Source: a bacterium (GTDB taxonomy: Bacteria; UBA8248; JACPRG01; G963555815). Taken from it: DNA of 64,000 bases. The DNA is taken from assembly GCA_965261595.1 (NCBI GenBank), contig CBDHDG010000004.1, positions 448,001 through 512,000 on the forward strand, given 5' to 3'. Positions 1-9,716 of this stretch are shown in pieces. Under the pieces are notes generated by a model. That model was not told the DNA's origin. It saw only the letters and a program-made list of their open reading frames with translations, and ran no database searches. Made by a program: the position numbers and the translations under genes. Each line of letters opens with the position of its first letter. Position 1 is the stretch's first letter.

Positions 1-195
1 GCATCCGAAGTCATTCTGGTTCCGTGAAACTCAAGCCTCAGCCGACGCTCAAAACGGACCTTCAACGCCCACTTTTTCGCTTCACCCATTGGATTACCCC
101 GCGAGAGGATGGCTCGGGGAGGCTCATGCATTGATTTTACTCCAGAAAATGTCCTCCGGTCCGACAAAAGTTATGATCCATATGGGATATCTGGG
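1..195 (-). mobile_element. Left end (IRL plus transposase N-terminus) of an IS1380-family element running off the window start; identical to 21915-22109
   Basis: 1-195 is the exact reverse complement of 21915-22109. It includes IRL CCCAGATATCCCATATGGAT and the coding start MGEAKKWALKVRFERRLRLEFHGTRMTSDA. Confidence 0.9.
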
Positions 196-383
196 TAAAA
201 ACCCATCGCCAGCGCGACGACGAATCCGGCGATCGATACCTGTGGGCGCGAGGCCATTTTGAATTTGATTTTCTCCGCCGCCCCCGCCCCTCCCGCGCTT
301 ACGGAAGACATGGCGAAACACAGCGCGGCCAGCCACGCGAACCTTCTCCCCACCCTCCCCTTCGAGTCACCGGGAACCCGCAC
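196..383 (-). pseudogene. N-terminal fragment of an ABC substrate-binding protein (SsuA/TauA/NMT1-like), cut by the IS1380 end at 195
   Basis: Signal-peptide-like AWLAALCFAMSSVSAGGAGA followed by AEKIKFKMASRPQVSIAGFVVALAMGFY, after which the frame runs into the IS inverted repeat. Start uncertain. Confidence 0.55.
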
Positions 384-759
384 GATTCGAGTCTCGCAAG
401 AGCAACGCCCATTTCATTCGGGGCGTGCGCACTGACAGCGATGGCGCATAAGGCGGCCCCTCGCTCCAGCCAAAACCGGATGCGTCCTTTATCCGGTTTT
501 ATACGCGGAATTGTCAAGTAAGAGCGCTGACAAGGAGTCCTCGGCCGAGGAGAACTTTGAAGGCGTCTCAGGGGGACTCCCGCTTTAAAGATACGTCGCG
601 GGATTTAGCGGGTTGATGAGGTTGGAGCAGGCTCCGGCGGTTTGTTATTCGGCCCAATGAAGACGACTTGCGGAGAAAGCGTCAATCCATTGAATATCGA
701 AACCCCCTTTTCAAATTCAAGATTCAGGACCTGACCCGGTATATCTTCATCTGGTGCAT

Positions 760-1188
760 TCACGGCAAACTAACGAATGAATGCAACCCATCCAACTCGG
801 GCAAGAGCACGACGCTCTCCTGTTCGTTGGGATCGGTCCGGGCAAGCACAATGCGACAAGGCTCGTCCTTGCTGTTGTTGTACGGCAAATGGGGCATGCC
901 CGCCGGAATGTACAGAAATTCTCCGGGCTTGACGGTTGCATGTTCCTCCAACATTTCCCCATACCACATTTTGGACTCGCCGCTTATGACGTAAACGGCC
1001 GTTTCATGGTTTTCGTGAAAGTGCGCATGGCCCCGTCCCCCGGGCGGAATGGTCAGCATATGCATGCAAATGCCTTGCGCTCCGGTGTTTTCGGCCGCGA
1101 CATCTTTCGAATATGTCAGTCCCTGTTTGCCTTGGTATGTCTGCCCCTGCGGGATCACCCTACAGGTGAGCTTACTTTGTGTCGTCAT
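760..1188 (-). CDS. Cupin domain protein
   Basis: Cupin motifs HAHFHENHETAVY and GEFLYIPAGMPH; start taken at MTTQSK. Confidence 0.85.
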   Translation of the reverse strand: MTTQSKLTCRVIPQGQTYQGKQGLTYSKDVAAENTGAQGICMHMLTIPPGGRGHAHFHENHETAVYVISGESKMWYGEMLEEHATVKPGEFLYIPAGMPHLPYNNSKDEPCRIVLARTDPNEQESVVLLPELDGLHSFVSLP

Positions 1189-1617
1189 GTTTGATTGTCC
1201 CCCAATGTGCGGCTTTGAGAAGGAATTGTTGAACTTGACCCTGAATTTCAATTCCCCTCTTCTGGCCGCAAGCCTAAGGATGACGAGCAAAATACGGCGG
1301 GTCATGACTCTGATCCCCGGCAGGTGGCTTGTTAACCCTAATTTAGATACAATTCCCATGCCGGAGCTTTCCAGACGCCTCGGCCGAGTCATCCCGGGGC
1401 CTCTTTGTGGAACGATTTGCGTTTTCAAGAAGTTTCGGTCGGCGGCGGTGTTCGATCACGATCGCGTTGAAAAGCCGGGCCGCGTCTCGTCGCCGTACAT
1501 CTCTCTTCCCCCCCCCCGTCCAGGTGGATCTACTGAAATAGTGGTACAACCTTCAGAGTCAGATCCGTTGGGGAATCCCGGTCCGCGGTCCGAAAGCGGT
1601 CCTCCATCAAACCCCCC

Positions 1618-2514
1618 GTGAGGTCCGTTGTTTCACTGGACATTGGGAAATACATTCAACCGCCCCGACAAGCAGGGAGAAGAGAATTGGAGGAGATCGC
1701 CCCGGGCGTTTTCGCCGAGACCGGGCACACCGGGTGCAACAACGCCTGCATCGTCACGGACGGGGGTATCGTTCTGGTCGACCCGCCGATGTGTCCCAGT
1801 CAAGCGGTGTCCTGGAGGGAAAGGACTTCCGGCCTGGGCGAGCTCAAGTTTGTGATCAACACCGAACACCACTGGGATCACATCGGAGGAAACTGCTTTT
1901 ACCCGGAGGCGCGGGTCGTCTCGCACACTCTGACGCGGACGGGCGCCGTCGATGGGATGGAGGCGTTCGAATTCTGGCGCGACAGGATGAAGACGTTGGA
2001 CCCGGAGGGCGCGGATCTGCTCGGAGATTATCAGGTCAGGTTGGCCGAGCTGACTTATGAACAGACCTTGACCTTGCACCTTGGCGGACGGGAGATTCGC
2101 CTCATCCACAAACCTGGACACACCGAGGGGCAAACGCTGGTCTATCTGCCGGACGCCCGGGCGCTCCTGCCGGGCGACAACGTCCTTTGGGATTGGCCGC
2201 CCCTGTTGGAATCCGGCGTCGGGGGCGCATGGCTGGCCTGCCTTGATTTCATTGAAACGCTGGATTTGGCCGTCATCGTTCCCGGCCATGGACAGGTGTG
2301 CGGCAAGGAGGCCCTTCCCCCGCTGAGGAATGACCTCAGGGAACTGATGGACCGGGTCCGGGAATGCGTCGGTGAGGGGATGTCCGAGGAGGAGACCCGC
2401 GGCCGCGTCCGGTACGACCGCCGGTGGAAATCGGTCCCCGACTCGTTTCACAAACGTTTCGAGCTCTTCTACGACCTGGGCGTTGCCCGGCTCTATCGCG
2501 AGCTGGGGGGTTGA
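1618..2514 (+). CDS. Metallo-beta-lactamase-fold hydrolase (cyclase/glyoxalase II-like)
   Basis: TEHHWDH, PGHT, GD and PGHG motifs; true start possibly TTG at 1687. Confidence 0.85.
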   Translation: MRSVVSLDIGKYIQPPRQAGRRELEEIAPGVFAETGHTGCNNACIVTDGGIVLVDPPMCPSQAVSWRERTSGLGELKFVINTEHHWDHIGGNCFYPEARVVSHTLTRTGAVDGMEAFEFWRDRMKTLDPEGADLLGDYQVRLAELTYEQTLTLHLGGREIRLIHKPGHTEGQTLVYLPDARALLPGDNVLWDWPPLLESGVGGAWLACLDFIETLDLAVIVPGHGQVCGKEALPPLRNDLRELMDRVRECVGEGMSEEETRGRVRYDRRWKSVPDSFHKRFELFYDLGVARLYRELGG

Positions 2515-2572
2515 GGCGAGGTGTCACCCTCCCCCCTTTCTCCCCCCAAAAGCTATCGAAACAGCGCCTTCC

Positions 2573-3501
2573 TCAGCCGCCGGAATCATCCACAGGCTTC
2601 CCGCCGGCCCGGATCGCGGCGAAAAACGCGCTGGGGATGTCATGGTTCCAGATGCCGGAGCTCTCCTTGCCTTCCCAGCGGAGGGGTTTGTAGTTGTCCT
2701 CGTCGAGGATCTGATCGAGCTCGGCGAATATCTCGATCACGTTTCCATCCGGATCGGGGTAGAAGACAAACAGGCTATGCCCGGGGCCATGGCGTCCGAT
2801 GCCCCAGAGAGAGCGGACACCGTTTTTCCACGCCACGTCGGCCGAGTCCTTGATGGCCTTGATGTCCGCGACCTCGTACCCTGTGTGATGCATGGTGCGC
2901 GCGGGTCCCCGGGCCATGCCGGTTGTGTGGTGGTCCGGGTTGCAACGGAGAAAGACGAAAAAGTCCTCGATCCAGTCCGAGACGCGGAATGCCAATGTCT
3001 CCGTGAAGAACGCCGCGCTCTTCCGGGGATTCTCGGCATTCAGGATCACATGCCCAGCTTTGTGGGCTTGGCCGCGTGGGGGATCTCCGGACCGATGCTC
3101 TCAGCCATCCCCGCGCAGATTTCGACCCGGTTCCCCTCCGGGTCGCGGAAGCGGACGCCGTAGGGGCCGCCCGGCTCGTCCCATTCCGCGGGGCCGGCCA
3201 GGATCGTCGCCCCGGCGTTCTTCAAGACGCGGGCGGATTCGTCCACGTCAGAACGGTCGGGGACGGCGAAGGCCACATGGTCCAGGCCGAACCCGCCCGT
3301 CATCTCCGGGTCGGCTGGATCGGCGTAGCCGGAGGGGTAGAGCGCCAGGGCGTGGTGAGAGGGGCCGCGCCGCATGTAGGCCGTTCCGTCCGGACCGCGC
3401 TCGGTCAGGTCGATGCCGACAACGTTCCGGTAAAACCGGATGGAGCGTTCCACGTCGGCCACCCGCAGGGCGTGATGGCTCAGATGACTCAACGGGATCA
3501 T
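2573..3501 (-). pseudogene. Two-domain VOC / extradiol dioxygenase-like protein, split by a 1-nt frameshift near 3052
   Basis: ORFs 3046-3501 and 2573-3049 join as ...KPTKLG-HVILNAENP... if one G is added to AAGCTGGGCATGTG. The paralog at 3574 reads RKLGHVVI at this position. Confidence 0.8.
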
Positions 3502-3573
3502 CGCGGATCTCCCGGTTGAATGCGCGGCAAGCATAAGTGCGCACTCACGCTTTTTCGGAAACCGGCCTGCCGG

Positions 3574-4461
3574 TCAGAACTTCTGAAATCCCCCGGGAAC
3601 CTCTGATTCGCCGAAATGAACCGGCGTATAGAAACTCGCGGTCGTCTCGGGCGGAGCGGCCTCGGCATATTGGTCGATGTTGCAGTAAATCTCGAGGGCA
3701 TGGCCGTCCGGATCGAGAAAATAGATCTCGATGTGATGTCCCTGATTCCAGAATCCCGGCCCTTTTTCGATCTTCACGCCCCGCTCCTTCAGGAACCGCT
3801 CCGCGCGCGCCACCTCCGACGTATTTCCGATGTCGAAGGCATAATGGTGAAGGCCGAGGGGGCGTCCCTCCGGCATGGGCAGCAGCCCCAGGTCGTGATG
3901 GTCGGGCCCGCACCGGAAAAACGCCAGCCCCATCTGGTTGTATTCGGTCACCCGGAGGCCGAATTTGTCCTGATAAAACGCTTCGGAAGCGTTTCTGTCC
4001 GCAACCTTGATGACCACGTGCCCCAGCTTTCGGGGGGAGATTGGCCGGTCCTCCACCCCGCCGGGCGCCGGATTCGGGCGTTCGTTTCCGTTTGCCGGGG
4101 AGATGATCCACACGATGTTGCCGGCGGGGTCGGAGACGCTGAACCCGTCGGCGCCGGGCCGCGGACCCTCCCCCGGCTCCTTTGTGATGACGACGCCGCC
4201 GTCCCGGAGCTTCCGCGCGAGGTCCTCCAGATCCGCCGCGGGGTCCACCTCGTAACCGAACTCCGCCGGCGATGCGTTTCCGTCTCCGTCCTCCGACGAC
4301 AGGGCGAGGGCGAAACGCCCGTCCCGCCCGCCGAGCCACGCGCCGCCGTCCGGCGTCCGCCCGAGGAGGTCCAGCCCCAGGATGTCCCGGTAAAACCTCT
4401 CGGCCCGCTCGGGGTCTGAGACCCGCAGCCGGATATGGTCGATTCTGGTCAACGGCAGCAT
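3574..4461 (-). CDS. Two-domain VOC family protein (catechol 2,3-dioxygenase-like)
   Basis: Tandem glyoxalase domains; C-domain LGHVV, HHDL, LHHYAF and YFLDPDGHALEIY metal motifs. Confidence 0.85.
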   Translation of the reverse strand: MLPLTRIDHIRLRVSDPERAERFYRDILGLDLLGRTPDGGAWLGGRDGRFALALSSEDGDGNASPAEFGYEVDPAADLEDLARKLRDGGVVITKEPGEGPRPGADGFSVSDPAGNIVWIISPANGNERPNPAPGGVEDRPISPRKLGHVVIKVADRNASEAFYQDKFGLRVTEYNQMGLAFFRCGPDHHDLGLLPMPEGRPLGLHHYAFDIGNTSEVARAERFLKERGVKIEKGPGFWNQGHHIEIYFLDPDGHALEIYCNIDQYAEAAPPETTASFYTPVHFGESEVPGGFQKF

Positions 4462-4622
4462 TTTCGAACCCCCAAAAGGCGATAGTCAAGCGGCCGTGCG
4501 CGTCGCAAGGGCCGGGGTTTGCTTGGATTCCGCTCGCGAAGGTATGATAACAACTTCAGGAAAAGCGGACAATCCACTTCCGGCCGATCAACCCCGGAGG
4601 AAATCCAGCACGGGAGGAAGCG

Positions 4623-5537
4623 ATGGCTCGGTATGCGCTGACGAGTTATGAGCGGGAGGGCGAATTCAGGGTCGGTCTCGTCGTTGACGGAAAAGTCTAC
4701 GACTGCGTGAACGCCTGGGACGAAGTCCTCGGGGCCTCTCTGATCGGGGGCGATTACCCCATCCACGAGATGCTGGAGAACCTCGATGAGATCCATCCCC
4801 AAATCGAGGAGCTGGCCGGCGGCGTCGCGGACATGGATCGGCACGAAGTGGAAGAATCGGCTTTGCGCGCCCCCCTCCTCTACCCCCCCTCTATTTTCTG
4901 CGCGGCGGCCAATTACCGGGCGCACGCCGAAGAGATGGGCGGCGAGGTCACCGACAAGTCCAAGGGCGACCCGTACTTCTTCCTGAAAATCCCGCACCTG
5001 TGCGTCATCGGACCCGGCCAAACGATACGCCTTCCCGCCAACTCGGAGAAGGTGGACTGGGAGGTCGAGCTGGCCGTCGTCATCGGCCGGGGGGGGACGG
5101 ACATCCCCGCCGATCGGGCCCTCGACCATGTCGCCGGGTACACCGCGTTCAACGACATCTCCGCGCGGGACAGGAATATGCGGGCCGAGTGGAAATTCAA
5201 ATGGGACTGGTTCGGCGGAAAGTGCGCGCCGACCTTCGCCCCGATGGGCCCTCACATCACCCCGAAGGCATACATCCCGGACCCGAACAACCTGAATCTG
5301 AAACTCTGGGTCAATGACGACCTGATGCAGGACGCGAACACGGGCAACATGATCTACAACGTCCAGGATCAGATCGCCTACCTGTCTACGATGGTCTCTC
5401 TCTGCCCGGGCGACGTCATCGCGACGGGGACGCCTGAAGGGGTGGGCATGGGGCGCGGCGTGTTCCTGAAGGAAGGGGACAACGTGTCCATCGAAGTTGA
5501 AGGGATCGGCCGCATCACTAACCCCGTCGGCAAATAG
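4623..5537 (+). CDS. Fumarylacetoacetate hydrolase family protein
   Basis: NYRAHAEE, DWEVEL, NDISARD and GDVIATGTPEGVG motifs; GGAGG RBS. Confidence 0.92.
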   Translation: MARYALTSYEREGEFRVGLVVDGKVYDCVNAWDEVLGASLIGGDYPIHEMLENLDEIHPQIEELAGGVADMDRHEVEESALRAPLLYPPSIFCAAANYRAHAEEMGGEVTDKSKGDPYFFLKIPHLCVIGPGQTIRLPANSEKVDWEVELAVVIGRGGTDIPADRALDHVAGYTAFNDISARDRNMRAEWKFKWDWFGGKCAPTFAPMGPHITPKAYIPDPNNLNLKLWVNDDLMQDANTGNMIYNVQDQIAYLSTMVSLCPGDVIATGTPEGVGMGRGVFLKEGDNVSIEVEGIGRITNPVGK

Positions 5538-5768
5538 GCGCTTGCGCGCCGGCCAAGCTGCGGATGTAAGTGCTCGTGCTTATCGCACCTCTTCGGCGCA
5601 CACCTTACATCCGTTGAAAGATCAAAGGGTGGCTATCCCGGCCGCCGCCAAAGCGAGGTGGAGGTCTCAAAATAAATTGACACTTCACCGCTTGCGGAGA
5701 AGCGGCAAGGGGTCAACCGGCCAAACACCCGCCCTGCCTGTTTTGAAATACCGAGTTTACACCTTTCG

Positions 5769-5791
5769 GTAGGCCGGTCATCCTACCCGGC
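5769..5791 (+). repeat. Degenerate GTAG-type REP palindrome
   Basis: GTAGGCCGGTCATCCTACCCGGC resembles GTAGGGCGGGCATCCTGCCCGCC at 38425. Confidence 0.4.
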
Positions 5792-5897
5792 GGGAAAGGG
5801 ACCATTCGCGTCTCGATATGTAAAACCATTTAAGAGACACTATACGAGGACGATCTATAGCTCCTCACCACGACGATTCAGTAAGGAGTAAGCGGAG

Positions 5898-7355
5898 ATG
5901 GCTTATCGGGACCTGCGCACCTTCCTGGACGACCTTCGGGAGGCGGGCGAGCTGGCCCACGTCGAGGTCGAGGTCGACCCCAATCAGGAAATCGGCGCGA
6001 TTTGCCGGAAGGTCTGCCGCGAGGGCGGTCCGGCCCTGTTGTTCGAGCGGGTCAAGGTGACGGACATCTCCTTCGCCGCCAACGTCTTCGGCAGCCGCGG
6101 ACGCATCGCCCGGGCCTTCGGGTGCGACGGCTACGAAACCCTCGGGGACAAGTGGTCCGACCTGACGGGTCGCGGCGGAATCCCCCCGACCCTCGTCGCG
6201 GACGCGCCCTGCCAAGAGGTGTTCACCGACGGCGACGGCCCGCTCCTCGATCTCATCCCCTGGCCCGTCTGGAACTGGAACGACGCCGGTCCGTATATCA
6301 CCCTCGGCGTCTGCATCGGGCGAGACCGGGAGTCCGGCCATCACAACGCCGCGCCCTACCGCATGCTGCGCCTGGACGGCCGCCGGGCGACGATGAACTT
6401 CGCGCCGGGGCGCGACCTGGGAATCCTCCGCTCGAAATACATCGAAGCCGGCGAGCCCATGCCCGCGGCCGTGGCCATCGGCGTGGACCCCATGACGGCC
6501 TTCGCGGCCGCCTGTCCCTTCAACCCGGAGGTGGACGAGCTGGACATGGCGGGCGCCTTGCTGGGCGAGCCCCTCGAGATGGTCCAGTGCCGCACCATCG
6601 ACCTCGAAGTCCCCGCCACGGCGGAGATCGTCCTGGAAGGCCGGATCGTCCCAGAAATCACGGCGCCCGACGGACCCTTCGGCGAATATCACGGCTATTA
6701 CGGACCACCCCACCGGGTCCCCGTCTTCGAGGTCTCGGCCGTCACCCATCGGAAGGACCCCATCTATCAGGGCCTCTATATCGGCATGCCGCCCACGGAG
6801 AACGCCTATTTTGAAACCGCCTCAATCGAGCTGGAGATCCACCGGGGGCTTCGGAGCGTGCCGGGTTATCTTCGGTTCAACATGGTGATTGCGGGCGCGA
6901 GACGAAACGGCGTTCTTCAAATCCGCAAACACTTCGAGGGCCACGGCAAAATGGCCGGCCTGGCCCTTTTGGGGCTTCACGCCGCCAGCGACATCAAGAC
7001 CGCCATTATCGTGGACGACGACATCGATCCCTTCGATTGGGACGCCGTCAACTGGGCGCTTTCCACGCGCTTCAACCCGGCCGTGGACGTCGAGATCATG
7101 ACCGGACTTCCGGGAAACCCCCTCGATCCGGCCATGCCCAAGGAGGAAGCGTACAAAGCCAACCGGATCTCGAAGATCATCCTCGACGCCACGAAACCGC
7201 TGATCGAGCCGCTCCCCGACACCTGCCTGCCGCACCCCGAAGTGATGGAGGCGGTCCTGGAGAACTGGGCGCGGTACGGAATCGGCCGGGCCGTCGGCGC
7301 AACACGGGAGGGGGGGGGAAGCGGCGATACGCCCGATGTGTCCGCGGAACCTTAG
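5898..7355 (+). CDS. UbiD family (prFMN-dependent) decarboxylase
   Basis: YRDLRTFL start, VPATAEIVLEG, DGPFGEYHGYY and IIVDDDID...WALSTR motifs. Confidence 0.92.
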   Translation: MAYRDLRTFLDDLREAGELAHVEVEVDPNQEIGAICRKVCREGGPALLFERVKVTDISFAANVFGSRGRIARAFGCDGYETLGDKWSDLTGRGGIPPTLVADAPCQEVFTDGDGPLLDLIPWPVWNWNDAGPYITLGVCIGRDRESGHHNAAPYRMLRLDGRRATMNFAPGRDLGILRSKYIEAGEPMPAAVAIGVDPMTAFAAACPFNPEVDELDMAGALLGEPLEMVQCRTIDLEVPATAEIVLEGRIVPEITAPDGPFGEYHGYYGPPHRVPVFEVSAVTHRKDPIYQGLYIGMPPTENAYFETASIELEIHRGLRSVPGYLRFNMVIAGARRNGVLQIRKHFEGHGKMAGLALLGLHAASDIKTAIIVDDDIDPFDWDAVNWALSTRFNPAVDVEIMTGLPGNPLDPAMPKEEAYKANRISKIILDATKPLIEPLPDTCLPHPEVMEAVLENWARYGIGRAVGATREGGGSGDTPDVSAEP

Positions 7356-9336
7356 AATCCATCCCGCCCCAAGGCCGACAGACCTTCGCCGGCATGCGCC
7401 GCGCCGTCCCGGGCGATGGTTCGCAGCGAGTCTCCGGATTCCTCTTCTTCCGCTTCTCTTTCTGAGCCTTGCCGAACGCGCTATATCCGCGCCCGCCCCG
7501 ATGCCAAAGTCCGTTTCGGCCCCCTCCCCCTCCCCCTCCCCCATCTCACAACCCGGCCCACGTTTCTATGCCGCTTCCTGGGCGGTGGTTGTCGGGATCG
7601 ATCGGTACGCTTCCTCCGGGATCCCCCGCCGCCCCGGCGCGGAATCCGACGCCGCCCAGGTCGCCCGCGCCCTCACACGTCTGGGGTTTCCGCGTATAAA
7701 CATCCGGCTCCTGAGGGGGCCGCGCGCAACCCGCGCCGCAATCCTTCGAACGCTTGAGCGCGACTTGAAACCCCGCATGAGGGAGCGCGACAGACTGTTC
7801 GTCTATTTCTCCGGCCGCGCCGCCACCGTGAAGATTCAAGGCGAGGATGCGGGATTTCTTCTGTCCTACGACGCGGAGGTCGCGCGTTGGCCGCCTCATG
7901 CCTCGCCCTATCTGCACGCATCCCCGGTGCGCGCCCTGGGCATGCGCGACCTCCTCTCCACATTGAAGGGGCTCGCCCCGCGCCACAAGCTGGTCGCCCT
8001 CGACGCCTCCTTCAGCGGATACGGTCTCCCGGTGAAGGACCTCCACGCTGTCGTCGGCGCGCCGACCATTCCCGATATCGAGCGGTAGCTCCGCCGGTCC
8101 GTCACGCACGTTTTTACGGCGGGACGCGCTGGTAGGGCGGTACACGCCGGGCGGCCGGCCGCTTTCACGCGGAGCGTGTTCACGAGACACCTCTTGGACG
8201 GCCTCGCGGGAAAGGCGGACACGGCCGGCGGCCGCCCCGACGGGGTGGTGGGCTTCGATGAGCTGGCCGCTTACGTTCGTAACCGGATGGTCCACGCGCC
8301 GGCTTTCTCCTCGCCGCCTCAAGCGGCGGAGACCGGCGACGGGCGGTTTCTTTTCCTGGTTCCATCCAACGGATCATCGCGCCCGGGGGCGTCGCTCGCC
8401 GGAGGAACATCCGGCGGCCGGTTGGGTTTCAACAAGCTCGGCGTCGCTTACGTGGAAGAACACCTGCGGCTGATGAAACGCGACCTCGGCGTCCGGCCGG
8501 TCAAGCTTCACCTCGGGTTGCACGCCCGAGAGTCCGGGCCGAACTTCGTAAATTACGACAAGGTTGTGAACGCCGCCGTCTCGCTCGGACTCCCCTTTGT
8601 TTTGACCATGGCCTACGTTCCGGACGCGTGGATTGAGACCTACGGGCCGGCCGGCTGGCAGTCCGTCTGGATCGAGAGGTATCTGCTGCCGTCCGTCCGG
8701 CGTTACGCCGCCAAGCCGGGATTCATCGGGATGGAGATCTGGAACGAGCCGTTTTACCTGAACTGGTCGAAACGGCATACGCCCCGAGAGGTGTTTCCCG
8801 ACGCGGAATCTTACGCGGCCTTTCTGAGGAGATGCCGGCGGGCAATCGCCGCCGCCGGGCTCGATGCGCGGTTGATCTCGGCGGCCACCATCAACATCCT
8901 CCAGGGGGGCGACAAGTTTTTTCGGAAGGCGATTCGGCTGGCGGAGCTGCTGCCGCCCGGCGTGGCCTACAATCTCCATCTTTATGGAACCGACGTCCTC
9001 CGGTTCATTGCCTACGCGCGGGAAATCAAGTCCGTATTGAAGGAAGGAACGGACATCTTCATCACCGAATTCGGCGACGGCAGAAGGGAAAACCACTTCT
9101 TCGTCTACAACTGGATGCGCCCCATCGTTGATTTCATGCTGAGACCCAAGTTTATTTTCTGGTATCGGCTGATTGCCAACGCCAAGGAGAAGGACAGCCG
9201 CTCCCACGCATTGCTGCGGTATTCCGACGACCCGCGAAATCCGGTCGAGTCTCCGCTCTATCAACTCATGAAAAAAGAGCACGCGGATAGCAAGGACCGC
9301 TCAGGGCGGTCCCTTCCCGGGAGGAAAACGCGATGA
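7336..9336 (+). pseudogene. Peptidase C14 (metacaspase-fold, catalytically substituted) fused to a clan GH-A glycoside hydrolase; in-frame TAG at 8086-8088
   Basis: ORFs 7336-8088 and 8176-9336 share one frame. Caspase motifs WAVVVGIDRY, YFSGRA, LDASFSG and FTRHLLDGLAGKAD..DGVVGFDEL straddle the stop; EIWNEP and FITEFG follow. Confidence 0.75.
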
Positions 9337-9653
9337 TCACCGGCAACCTCTTCTCCGGCATCCCGGAGCACGCGCCCAAAGAGGTCTTCGAGCGGCTTCT
9401 CGAAACACCGCACCTCAAGCTGGAGCGCATCATCTCGGCCGGCCATGCGACCCCGCCCGGAAAGTGGTATGACCCGCACACCGACGAGTGGGTCCTCCTG
9501 CTCTCCGGCGCCGCCCGGCTTCTCTATGAAGACGAGGAACAGCCCCGGGAAATGCGCCCCGGCGACTACGTTCTCATCCCCGCCCGCAAGCGCCACCGGG
9601 TCGAATGGACGGACCCCGTCCAAAAAACCGTCTGGCTCGCGCTGCATCATTAA
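9333..9653 (+). CDS. Small cupin domain protein
   Basis: ERIISAGHATP..WYD..DEWVLLLSG..GDYVLIPA..HRVEWT..WLALH; ATGA overlap with the upstream gene. Confidence 0.85.
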   Translation: MITGNLFSGIPEHAPKEVFERLLETPHLKLERIISAGHATPPGKWYDPHTDEWVLLLSGAARLLYEDEEQPREMRPGDYVLIPARKRHRVEWTDPVQKTVWLALHH

Positions 9654-9716
9654 CGGCCCCGGGACGTGTTACACTACAGGCCGAAAATCCGACAAACCCC
9701 AGAGAAAGGAACGACT

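Noticed and set aside
1560..1612. GGGAATCCCGGT...CGGTCC resembling a cobalamin riboswitch core
   Set aside because: No GCCACTG or B12-box elements and no supporting helices were found.
7521..7541. C-rich hexamer repeat as a phase-variation tract
   Set aside because: It is an in-frame hexamer encoding a Pro-Ser linker, so slippage by whole units would not change the frame.
8086..8088. Genome-wide TAG recoding
   Set aside because: Many intact genes here end properly at TAG (5537, 7355, 18804, 20159, 42210, 56446).
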